Of a stretch of DNA of 64,000 nucleotides, positions 39,659-49,600 are shown one piece after another. Each line of letters begins with the position of its first letter. Position 1 is the stretch's first letter. A program made the position numbers and the translations under genes. Origin of the DNA: Candidatus Omnitrophota bacterium (lineage in GTDB: Bacteria; Omnitrophota; Gorgyraeia; Zapsychrales; JANLHA01); NCBI GenBank assembly GCA_963662715.1, contig OY759724.1, forward strand, positions 730,662-794,661. The letters are read 5' to 3'. A model generated the notes under the pieces. It did not search any database and was not told the origin of the DNA. It saw only the letters and a program-made list of their open reading frames with translations.

Positions 39659-40966
39659 TTATTTTTCAATGTCCAAAATATCTATTTTTAAAATTTTCAA
39701 CCGAACCATCTGTTCTTTTGTGAGGATGTCCGAGAGCTTTCTTTCGACGTCTTTCTTAATCTTATTGATCTCCTCCAGGTACGTCGTACGGCCTCCCGGG
39801 ACAGAAAGGCTCAACAGCTCCAGAAACTTCTGCATCTTCTTGATATCCTGCAGATCGGAAGATTCGAGATCCTGGATTTCCTGAATCATGTTGCGATGAT
39901 CTTTCCTCGGCTTTTGCAGAAGATCCCACATGCGCACCTTTCCGGAATAGATGACGTCCCAAACAGGCAGTTTTTGCCGCTGCTCCATCTCCAGCTGTAA
40001 GGCCAAATTCTGCATCGTCGGCTTTTTCTTCGGCACGTATTCTTCCCGCCGTCTTTTCCCCCCTTGTTTTGTTAGGCTCTGTAAATGCGCCTCCAGGAGA
40101 GGAAGAACACGCGGGTTTAGAAGATATTGCCCGGCTCGTGATAACCCGCCGTGCATAGCGGAATTCAATTCAAGGAAATCATTAAACTTCCGGGATATTT
40201 CTTCATAATAATGAACCATTTGCTTGGCTAAACGTGTTTTATGTATTAACACATCCTCCTCGGTCATCCGCCTCGCTTCCTCCGCAACGGAAAGCAGTCT
40301 TTTTCTCTCCTGCTCTTTCTCCTCCGGAGCCATCACCCCGAAGTGCACTTCCCGGTCAAAAAGCAGATTATCGACAAAATCCTCCACAAAACTTTCATAG
40401 GCTTTCGGAGGCAAACGGTTGATGAGCAGCAGAATGTTCTCGATGGCTGACAAGTCCGAACCGGCCTGCCCGGCGCGGATAGGATTGGAAAGTTCCTGGG
40501 GCGGAATAATACAGGGCTGAAATCGCTGAATGATATATTTCTGACTGTCGTCCAAGATATCGTTCAGACGGCGGTCGAAGTCTTTTATATCGGCATAAAA
40601 GCCCTGCTGCTGCATCTTCAGCTGTTGCTCGATATCCTGGACTTTCTTCTGTTCACCGGCGGAAAAGCCTTCATTAGCCTGAAGAACCGTCTTAAACTCT
40701 TTTAGAACGAGAAGATATTGATCCTGAAGTTTTTGGTTCCGGGCAACAAACGCATCCCGGGTCTTTTGGACCTCCGCGGCCAGGGCGATCAGCTCTTCGA
40801 CCTGATCCGCGGTTAAATATATCCCGTTTAAAAGGTTCAGCAGGCTGACATCTTCAGTGACGGCTGCGATCTCTTTTGTTTCCAGGACGTTCAACCAGTC
40901 TTCAGCGCTCACAGACCGGTAAACAAAAAAACAGAATATTAAAAAAAATAAAAAAAATTTTTTCAT
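39659..40966 (-). CDS. secreted coiled-coil hypothetical protein
   Basis: 435 aa; signal peptide MKKFFLFFLIFCFFVYRSVSA; Gln/Glu/Lys-rich heptad-like regions. Confidence 0.55.
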   Translation of the reverse strand: MKKFFLFFLIFCFFVYRSVSAEDWLNVLETKEIAAVTEDVSLLNLLNGIYLTADQVEELIALAAEVQKTRDAFVARNQKLQDQYLLVLKEFKTVLQANEGFSAGEQKKVQDIEQQLKMQQQGFYADIKDFDRRLNDILDDSQKYIIQRFQPCIIPPQELSNPIRAGQAGSDLSAIENILLLINRLPPKAYESFVEDFVDNLLFDREVHFGVMAPEEKEQERKRLLSVAEEARRMTEEDVLIHKTRLAKQMVHYYEEISRKFNDFLELNSAMHGGLSRAGQYLLNPRVLPLLEAHLQSLTKQGGKRRREEYVPKKKPTMQNLALQLEMEQRQKLPVWDVIYSGKVRMWDLLQKPRKDHRNMIQEIQDLESSDLQDIKKMQKFLELLSLSVPGGRTTYLEEINKIKKDVERKLSDILTKEQMVRLKILKIDILDIEK

Positions 40967-41056
40967 CGATCGGCTCGCGGGGACGGATGCCCCGATTTTA
41001 TTTGTATATGAATGAAATATTTTATCCCCGAGGGATTAAACAGACGGGATGAAACC

Positions 41057-42055
41057 CTACGGCATATCCACACCGTCTAAAATTCTGTCCACCAGATTCT
41101 CGGCCGTTATGTTCAGCCCGCGGGCCTGGTAACTTTCGATTAACCGATGGCTCAGAACATCCCGGGCCACAGCTCTGATGTCCTGCGGCCGCACATAAGC
41201 CCGGCCCTGAACCAAGGCGTAGGCCCGGCTGGCCACGGAAAGATGTATGCCGGCCCTCGGTGAAACACCGTATTTAATAAGCCCGACTAAATCATTCATC
41301 CCGAACTTATCCGGCTGGCGGGTTGCTTCAACAATATCCAAGATATAATCCTGCACCTTTTTTTCGATATGTATGCGGTCTACAAGGGTTCTGAGCCGCA
41401 GGATATGTTCAGGGTCCAGGACGGGATTGACGTCGAATTTGACATCGGTAAAAGCCATGCGCTGCAGGATCAACGCTTCTTCCTCCCGTGTCGGATAAGT
41501 CATCGACACCTTCAACATAAACCGGTCCAATTGAGATTCGGGCAAGGGATAAGTCCCGTCCTGCTCTATCATGTTCTGGGTGGCGAGGACTAAAAACGGC
41601 TCTGTTAATGCATAAGAGGCATCCCCGATCGTGACCTGCCGCTCCTGCATGGCTTCCAGCAGCGCGCTCTGGACTTTGGCCGGGGCACGGTTAATTTCAT
41701 CCGCTAAAACAATGTTGGCGAACACGGGCCCTTTTTTAACATAAAAAGACGCCGTACGCTGGTCGTACACCGGGGCCCCGGTTAAATCCGCCGGGAGCAT
41801 GTCAGGGGTAAACTGAATACGGCTGAACTGCAGCTGCACGGCCATGGCGAACGTTTTTACGGCCAGGGTTTTCGCCAGGCCGGGCACGCCTTCGATGAGG
41901 ATATGCCCTCCGGCGAGCATCCCCAGAAGAATACGCTCAATCAGGTCCTTCTGCCCGACAATAACATTTTCTATCTGCTGAAAGAATTCTCCGAATTTCC
42001 GAGACTCGTGCTGGATTTCTTTTTCTAACTCTTTCATCGTAGATTCTTTCATCAT
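41057..42055 (-). CDS. MoxR-family AAA+ ATPase
   Basis: 332 aa; Walker A GVPGLAKT, Walker B/MoxR signature LADEINRAPAKVQSALLEAMQE. Confidence 0.9.
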   Translation of the reverse strand: MMKESTMKELEKEIQHESRKFGEFFQQIENVIVGQKDLIERILLGMLAGGHILIEGVPGLAKTLAVKTFAMAVQLQFSRIQFTPDMLPADLTGAPVYDQRTASFYVKKGPVFANIVLADEINRAPAKVQSALLEAMQERQVTIGDASYALTEPFLVLATQNMIEQDGTYPLPESQLDRFMLKVSMTYPTREEEALILQRMAFTDVKFDVNPVLDPEHILRLRTLVDRIHIEKKVQDYILDIVEATRQPDKFGMNDLVGLIKYGVSPRAGIHLSVASRAYALVQGRAYVRPQDIRAVARDVLSHRLIESYQARGLNITAENLVDRILDGVDMP

Positions 42056-42079
42056 ATATCCCCTCTCCTGTTTTCTTCC

Positions 42080-45000
42080 TTACCAGTAAAAAATCCGGTT
42101 TTCATCTCCGGCCAGCGTTTCAACCAGATTTTTTTCACTCATCTTAGCACCGACCATAAAAATATTCATCTTTTTTTCACGAAGAGGACTCATCCGGATC
42201 TCCTGCTCCGTTCTCTGCATAAAGTCCGTCAACGCGACCTGCTGTAAGAAAACATCATTTTCTTCAGACGTATAAAAATCCAATCCGGAGATATCCAGCG
42301 TCATATGCCCGGCGATGCTTTGTTCATATCTTTCTTTGATCTTCGTCAAAATTTTCTCGGAAAAAGACAAACAGTCTCTATCGGCAGAAAGACGTACGGG
42401 ATATTCATGCAACGTTCCCGTGGGGTCAATCAAAATCAGTCTCTCTAACACCGTTTCGGAACGGAACAGATGGAACATTTTGACCGAACGGGCAAAGTCC
42501 CTGGCCCAAAGCCTTCGGCCCTCTTCATAATGCAAACCCCTCATATCCAGCCACAGGGCGACGCGGGCCCCGTAAGGATTGCTGAAGCGTCTGACCATGG
42601 GAACGGATGTGGCATAGCGCGCCGTGGCCTTCCAATCAATGTGCCGGATATCGTCTCCCGACATATACTGCTCAAGCCGGTCAAACTCCACGCTCGTTTC
42701 ATTGTTTTCCGGGATTTTGTCTCTCAGAAAATTAAAATTCATATGGGTCACCCGGGATTCCTGGAGGAGAAAGTCAAAAACCAGGGGTTTGACCCTGTCC
42801 AGGACATTGTCTCCTCGCGCCTTGGGGGCATTCTTCTGCGGCGGGGTATAAGTGTAAAAGATCTTTTTAAAACGGCTGTATAAAGACGGACAGGACGCTG
42901 TTTCCCGGATTTGAGTCAGCATAGACGCGATACTGTCATTATATTCTTCCCGCAGATGAAAATATTTCTGCACCGGCCATATCCATAAAGCACGGCCCAG
43001 GTAAGGCCCCAAGAACGGCAGAAAAAACAACAGGTCATGCGCCTTGTTAACGACAGCTGATTTCTGCGGATTCAAGGGCGCCAGGAAAAGACAAACATCA
43101 AAAATAAACCGTTCTTTATCGCTGGCGGTTGATTTAAACGCGCAAATATCCTTTTTAAGCTGAGGGTCTATCTGCCCTTTGGCAAGATAAACGCGTTTCA
43201 AAAGTTTCCTTTCCCGCTGTTCGGCTCCGAAGCTGTAGCCTTTGGCCCAGGGATTGTTGTTATAAATGCGGTCGATAATACTGGCCGGATCCCGGCCGTA
43301 AAACCTGCGTTTTCTATACGGAGCTCCCAGGGTATGAATAAAGAATGCCGATAAGTTGAAAAAGATGAAGACAAAAACAGCTGCCGCGATGGATTCCGCG
43401 CTGGTAGCCTGGGGCAGGTGTTCGGAACGATAAAAAATCAAGCTGAGGGCATTGCGCAAAAATGACCACAAATGAAAGCCCCCTCCAACGCTGTCGGCTG
43501 TCCCGTCAAAAATAAAACGGGGTCCGCTTCTGGGGCCGACCAAACCCACGCCGCCCAGGATATAACCCCGCTGTGCGATTCTGTGATCCGTTCCGTAAAT
43601 GACTTCCTGAAAATTTGACATGACGGACATGTACCGGCCCGGCTCGGCCGTGGACAAATATTTCTCCGGTTCGCGATAAAGAAGATACGCCACTTCATGA
43701 AGAACATCATTGTCCATTTTTTGGATGTCGGCGGCGATACGCCGGATGCGGTCTTTTTCAAAACGGTTGGAGATCAAAGGAGCTTTCCGGCCGGGGTTCT
43801 GCTCTGACAAATAAATGGACAGCCCGTTAAGAATCCCCTTGGAAGCTTGAGAATAATGGTCGAATTCATCCCCTTTTAAGGTTTCGGCCACCAGTCTCTG
43901 AGAGATGTACTCCTTCCGGTCACCGGCCCATAAAACCGGGGCCAGCATAGAATTCAATTCAATATTTTCGGGTAACGGCTTATTTTCAAAACGAAAACGC
44001 AGGTGATCAACGACGTGTCCCGTTTCATGAAAGGCCGTCCATTCCACGTGAGAAGTCATCCGGCGGAAAACAATGGCAAATTCACCTTCAAAGTATCCTG
44101 CCCGGTCAAGAAAAGGATACTCCTCTCCTTCCACGACATAAGAAACAGCCGGCCACAACTCTGATCTTTTAACCTTCTCCCTATCCATTCCCAGACGCTG
44201 AAACGCCTCTTCAGCAAAAACGTACCGTTTTAAGATCGGTTCCGAGAACAAAAAAAGATAAGGAACGTCCTCTTCCAAAATAATAAAGGTAAAAGGAAAA
44301 ACATTATAAGAGATAAATGCTCTTCTCAGATCCAGAAGTTCATTTCTTAAAGCCCCTTCCTGTATGGTCTGCTGCCCGAACAGCGTGATGATATTGCCGA
44401 TAGAACGCGCGATACGTCCGTCAAGATAATAAGCCGCTTCCACGACATCGTTCTTCAGCTGGGCATCCAGGTTCCAGTCTGCCATCAGCAGAAAAAAACC
44501 TTTGAGGATATGCCGGCAGAAAAAGAGGAACCCTTCCCGGGAACGGTAAAGCCTTTTAGCGTAAAAAACGCGAAGATTATGTCTTATCTGCTCCGGAGAA
44601 TAAGTTTCCCCGATAGCTGCGACCCGGGTTTTGAAGTATCCTTCTTTTTCTTTATCGGCGAGGGATTCGGCATCAAATTTGAAAATCTTTTTTAGCTCAA
44701 AAACAAAAACCCGCCATAACCGGTTATCCGCATCCGTCCGCTCCAGGGCGGCCAAACAGAGTCCGGACAACACAAAAGCCAGAACCAAAGCCGCCGTTAA
44801 ATTTCGAAATCTTTTCCGCTGGCCGGCCCGGACAAACCGGACAAAAGGATCGACGGTACGCCGGTACATATCCTTAAGCTGGTCGGAAAAAGGATAATAC
44901 CCGTGCAGCCAGTCTTCCAGTCGGATAAGCCAGGCGCTTTTCCCGGAGCCTTCCTCCCTGAAATCTTCGGGAACGGCGGCCGTTAAAGTTTTCTGAGCTT

Positions 45001-45655
45001 CTATGAAAAGCCCGGTCATGGCTTCCTGGGCCATAGTGATCTGAAAACGGTTACGCAGGTTATAATGACTTTCCGTGAGGATAAAACGCAAATACCGGTA
45101 AATATGACCGCATAACTTATGATAAACAACCCGCCAGGGGCTGGTGTTGGCCGGGATGCGGTCCAATTGCCGTTTAAGAAGATATATTTCGCGTTCCCGT
45201 GCCTCGGGCCACAGGCCTTTTTTAGCTTTATCTTCCAGGTCCTTCCAAAGATCGCTGGCCTCTTTTTCAACACGGTGACGTTCTTTATCGTGCCGTTTTC
45301 CCGGCTGTTTCCCGGGCAGATTTTCTTCGGCGGGCCAGCGCAGATCGGCATAAAACGCGATCCATCGCCTGGTTTTAAAATAAATAGCATCAATCTGTGA
45401 CAAATATTTCAGAAAAAACGGCTGTAATTGCGGCTTGTCCGCCGGGGTATGTTTCTGTAACGACAGAATATATGCCCTCAGGCGGTGATGGGATAATTCC
45501 ACCTGCCGGTCGATAGATAAAATACTTAATGTATCTGCTTTGGGATGGCGGATGCTTTTTCGATAGGCATCTTCTAATCTGCGGATATGCTTAAGAGGCT
45601 CTTCGCTCAAATTCTCGGAGAGAGCGAAAAATTTTTTAATAAAAGAAAAAGTCAT
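42080..45655 (-). CDS. large membrane protein with HExxH metallopeptidase-like motif and C-terminal DUF58 domain (MoxR partner)
   Basis: 1191 aa; FHETGHVVDHL motif; TM segments; C-terminal DDIRHIDWKATARYATSVPMVRRF typical DUF58; 24 nt upstream of MoxR gene. Confidence 0.7.
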   Translation of the reverse strand: MTFSFIKKFFALSENLSEEPLKHIRRLEDAYRKSIRHPKADTLSILSIDRQVELSHHRLRAYILSLQKHTPADKPQLQPFFLKYLSQIDAIYFKTRRWIAFYADLRWPAEENLPGKQPGKRHDKERHRVEKEASDLWKDLEDKAKKGLWPEAREREIYLLKRQLDRIPANTSPWRVVYHKLCGHIYRYLRFILTESHYNLRNRFQITMAQEAMTGLFIEAQKTLTAAVPEDFREEGSGKSAWLIRLEDWLHGYYPFSDQLKDMYRRTVDPFVRFVRAGQRKRFRNLTAALVLAFVLSGLCLAALERTDADNRLWRVFVFELKKIFKFDAESLADKEKEGYFKTRVAAIGETYSPEQIRHNLRVFYAKRLYRSREGFLFFCRHILKGFFLLMADWNLDAQLKNDVVEAAYYLDGRIARSIGNIITLFGQQTIQEGALRNELLDLRRAFISYNVFPFTFIILEEDVPYLFLFSEPILKRYVFAEEAFQRLGMDREKVKRSELWPAVSYVVEGEEYPFLDRAGYFEGEFAIVFRRMTSHVEWTAFHETGHVVDHLRFRFENKPLPENIELNSMLAPVLWAGDRKEYISQRLVAETLKGDEFDHYSQASKGILNGLSIYLSEQNPGRKAPLISNRFEKDRIRRIAADIQKMDNDVLHEVAYLLYREPEKYLSTAEPGRYMSVMSNFQEVIYGTDHRIAQRGYILGGVGLVGPRSGPRFIFDGTADSVGGGFHLWSFLRNALSLIFYRSEHLPQATSAESIAAAVFVFIFFNLSAFFIHTLGAPYRKRRFYGRDPASIIDRIYNNNPWAKGYSFGAEQRERKLLKRVYLAKGQIDPQLKKDICAFKSTASDKERFIFDVCLFLAPLNPQKSAVVNKAHDLLFFLPFLGPYLGRALWIWPVQKYFHLREEYNDSIASMLTQIRETASCPSLYSRFKKIFYTYTPPQKNAPKARGDNVLDRVKPLVFDFLLQESRVTHMNFNFLRDKIPENNETSVEFDRLEQYMSGDDIRHIDWKATARYATSVPMVRRFSNPYGARVALWLDMRGLHYEEGRRLWARDFARSVKMFHLFRSETVLERLILIDPTGTLHEYPVRLSADRDCLSFSEKILTKIKERYEQSIAGHMTLDISGLDFYTSEENDVFLQQVALTDFMQRTEQEIRMSPLREKKMNIFMVGAKMSEKNLVETLAGDENRIFYW

Positions 45656-45788
45656 GGGGTCGGGGTGTCTTTAACAGTAAAAACATATGACCTGTTCGGC
45701 TACTTGTCATTATAATCGTTATAAGGACTTAGGAAAGCATTATTTATTGTTCCCTTGAAACGTCATGGCCGGATTCACATACAAAACG

Positions 45789-45838
45789 GGGCCGTAAGAA
45801 GCAGCGCTCAGCCACCTTCTTCCTCCGGCCCCGGATAT
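45789..45838. terminator. GC-rich hairpin terminator (GGGGCCG...CGGCCCC + T-run)
   Basis: Stem followed by ATATTTTTT on + strand and GTTTTGT on - strand. Confidence 0.45.
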
Positions 45839-45849
45839 TTTTTCTGTTC

Positions 45850-45984
45850 CTATCCCCTTACCGGGGTGGAAGAAACGACAAATGAACTTCCATAGGAATC
45901 CGTGACTTCCAGTATTTCAAATAAATTCCCGAACCAGATAGCCACAAGAAACAAAGGAATAAATATGTAAGCTGTTCTTTTCAT
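45850..45984 (-). CDS. small hypothetical membrane protein (44 aa), not in ORF track
   Basis: Strong RBS GAGAGAGGAGAAAAGA before ATG; single hydrophobic helix AYIFIPLFLVAIWFGNLF; terminator immediately downstream. Confidence 0.35.
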   Translation of the reverse strand: MKRTAYIFIPLFLVAIWFGNLFEILEVTDSYGSSFVVSSTPVRG

Positions 45985-46197
45985 TCTTTTCTCCTCTCTC
46001 GAATCCCTTCTTCAGGTATTCACCTTATTGCCCCTTTAATGTCTTTACTTGTGATTTAGTCGGGAATACAGGGACTTGCTTACATGGAAATCATCACGCC
46101 GTTACGGGAATAATGCAAATTATTGACATATAGCATATTAGAATCATAGAAATCGGGCACAAGGGAAGGATTGTTGGAAGCTTTCTGCGTCCTGATG

Positions 46198-46422
46198 TTA
46201 AATAATACTCCCGAAGGGGTTCCGGGGGCCGAGATTAACGGCTCGCAGAAACGAAGGAAGTTTTCTGGCGGGGATAATAATTTCCGTGACCTTTTCTCTT
46301 GTCACGTCTTCAAAAATCATCTTTAAACCAACCTGGCCTTCATCATCACTGAAATGTTTGGCATAAAGGCTGTAATTCGCTCCGCAATCGCTCCATTCAA
46401 TGAGTTCATTAATTCTGGCCAT
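46198..46422 (-). CDS. small hypothetical protein (74 aa)
   Basis: GGAG RBS 8 nt upstream of ATG; no known domain. Confidence 0.3.
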   Translation of the reverse strand: MARINELIEWSDCGANYSLYAKHFSDDEGQVGLKMIFEDVTREKVTEIIIPARKLPSFLRAVNLGPRNPFGSII

Positions 46423-46559
46423 ATGATCGCTCCAATGTTTTATGGTTGAGTTGGCTTTGGAAGGAATTATATTATTCCGCCATTTTCATGTCAAGCGCAG
46501 ATGATATAGATATCCACCGGCTCACGCCAGCGACTTTTACACACCCATAAAAACTGAAA

Positions 46560-46595
46560 AAAGAGAGCCTCAAAAGGGGCCCTCTTTTTTTCAAT
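46560..46595. terminator. bidirectional intrinsic terminator downstream of giant paralog 3
   Basis: AAAAAAGAGAGCC-TCAAAAGG-GGCCCTCTTTTTTT. Confidence 0.5.
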
Positions 46596-46649
46596 ATTTT
46601 CTAAGATGAAACATTTATATTCTGCAGGAAGGGATAAAAATCCTGCAAA

Positions 46650-49600
46650 TCAGAAAACATCCTGCTTGGCGCCGGCGTCTAACGATGACAGCTGATCTTC
46701 ATCGCCGGGCTCAACGTCCGAATCCGAACCGAATAACAGCGGGAGGTTGGGAACAGGGGTGATATTAATAATAACAGGTAAAAATCCTCCGATATCCATC
46801 TGCTGAACAGGCTGCTGCGGCAGAGGCAAAGGAACGCCTTCCCCGTCACGCTTGATCTGCAGATCCAACAGTTGAGGATTAAGATTGATACCTCCATACT
46901 GCCCGTTATCAACAACCTCTTCCGTTATCGCCGATTGAAACAGGGGTGACGATGCAACCGCTTGCTGAATGATCTCCTGGCTAGGCAGATAAAGATCTCT
47001 GCCGTCGGACAATTCCGGCCTTCTCAGCTTCTCGACATTACCGTCAGCAGCGAACAAATTTTTCATAACTTCATTCCATTTGGCTATATCCTGCTCAGAC
47101 ATGTCACGGACCGGCTCCAGCAGACGATCAACTTCAGCCAGCAATCCCTTTTCCCGGCTTAATTCCAGGAAAACCTCTTGGAGAGCTTCTTCCGGATTAG
47201 CCGAATGCACCGCATCTTCAAAAATGGTTTCCGTGCCCCAGGCCTGGTAAAGAGCCGTCTCAATATCCCCCTCGACTAAATTATCATAAATAGTTTTTAA
47301 AGGTTCCAGACCTTCTCTCCCGAGTAAATCTTCAAGATGATGGATCAGGTCCCCCCGTCTGTTATAAGCCGTGCCGTTGTTGGAGTGATGCGCAATCACT
47401 CTGCGCAGCTGCTCGCCGCTCAGCTTAAGCCGTTCATAGGTCGCAAGGAAATCCGCAACAGAGGGCTCACTGCTCGCGATATTCTGAACGCCCTTCTCAT
47501 TAATATACTGCCAGAAAAAAGGATCTCTGTCTTCCACGGGTTGATCCAACGCCGTCAATACGGCTTCCTTATGCTCCAGCAAGTCGTTTATCAACCGGGC
47601 CCGCTGGGTCTTCATCTTAAGAGCAAGCTGTAACAACTGCAATTGGGCCCTGGACTGACTCTTTTCCACATCAACTTTAGGGGAGGTCCGCAGGGCATTA
47701 TACAGAAGCTGTTTACTCTCTGTATTGAACCTGTTGCCCAATCTTGCCAGTCCGACCAAAAGATTGCCGGCCGACGGGCGCCGGCCTCCGCCTTCCTGCT
47801 GGCTTTTCCGGCCGCTATACTTAATCAGATAACCGTTTCTTATTTCGTATTCCCCGTATTTCAGCCCGCGCAACAATTCATTATGAGTGAGGCCGGTTTT
47901 AATGACATCGACTCTCTGCCCGGTGCGCACGTCAATCACATCAAACAGTTCCGGCATCGTCCCGCCCCAGACCCCGAACATAAAAGCGCCGTTGGTAAGG
48001 GCCTTCATCATACTTGTCGCAGACGCTTCCAGAAACTCGTCCGACAACATAATCGTCGCCGCCACCCCGCGGAAAATCAGCGGAGCGTCATAAGGGTTGT
48101 AATTTTCAAGAAAGGCAATTTGATCCCCGAGGCCCAGATCCTTGACCATGCCTTTCAACTCTTCGAACAGCTGATTGGCTTCGTGCCCAAAGATTCTTCC
48201 GCCCAGAGCCAGCCGCATCTTGGAATCCCGGAACTGTTTAAGCGCTCTGGGGTCCTTTAAAATCCCGAGGATCTCTTTATAAATGTCCGGCCCTTTATAA
48301 GGCACCTGCCGGCGAAGGTTCGCCGCAACAGGGTTCTGAATTAAAACATCCTTCAATTTCCCGAGTTTCTCATCCAAGGCTCTCCATTGTCCCTCATTCT
48401 TAACATCCGCTAAAGCCTGATTAAGCAGGCCCGCATATTCTTCCCGTAAAGCCCTGACGTCCGTCTGGCTGTCCAGCCCCGATTCCTTGAGGAGCTGGGC
48501 AAGCCACTGGGATCCACCCAAATCCTGCGTCTGGTTCTCCTGTAACCAGAGATAAAGGTCCATCATATACAGCACCTTAATCTGCTCAAACTGGCTCTGA
48601 AAACGGGCCAGCTCAGCGGGGTTTTCTTCCAGTTTGTCATAAAACTGCACGTCGTCTGTTTGAGCGGTTAAACCCAACGATACTTTGTAATCATCAATGA
48701 TGCTTCTCAGTTCATGGCCCTGCCACTGGTCAAAAAGGACCCCGTTGCTGTTACGCTGCTCTCCCTGATACCATTGCCAAATTTTATGCGCAAGATCAGG
48801 AAGCAGATTGTTTCTCAAGACCGGAGTATGTTCATACACACTGACCCCCATAAAAAGATCGACATTTTCCGCGGCATACCTCACGATATCGATAACATCC
48901 CGGCCGCCTTCCTTAAAGACAATGGCCTGCCGGTCTTTCTCCTCAAAACCCATTAACTTAAAGGCATATTCCGGAGGGTTGTACATCGCCGGCTTATAAA
49001 CACTGTGGTTGATCTCGGCCCTCATGGCTGTTTCCGTGACAGGCGGCTGCTCAATCCCAAGCTCGGCGAGATCCATTTGTTCGTTTTTCGGCAAGCTGAC
49101 GAAAATTTCATTTTCCACCCAGGTGACTTTACTTTTTATTCTCCCGTCCGCCTGTAACATCCTGGCGAACCGCTGGGTCGCCTTGTTGTACACAACCATC
49201 TGAATGACCCGCCAGTCCTTGGCCGGGGAAATCTCATCAGAATATATCTCGTCAAAAATATACTGTTTGTTCCCGTCATCATCAAGATAATAGGCGTCTT
49301 CATAAAACTCCGGAAGCGTCGTGAAGGAAGACTCCAGTTCATAAAGATCAACGGTGATCGGGCGCCCCTGCGCCTGCGCCAGCAATTCCTTCATTTTGGC
49401 GAATTTTTCATCATCCAATTCAGAAAAAGCTTCCCGGGCCTCATCTTCTAATCCTTTAAGCACATACTGGCTCTGATCGAGATACCCCATCTGGATCAGA
49501 CGCGAGGAAAGGGCTTCGGCCAGTCCGCCATCTACGCCAAGCTGTTCCAGTTCCTGCTTGGAAACAGCTCGGCCGACCAGCTGTTTCGCCTTGTCAAAAA

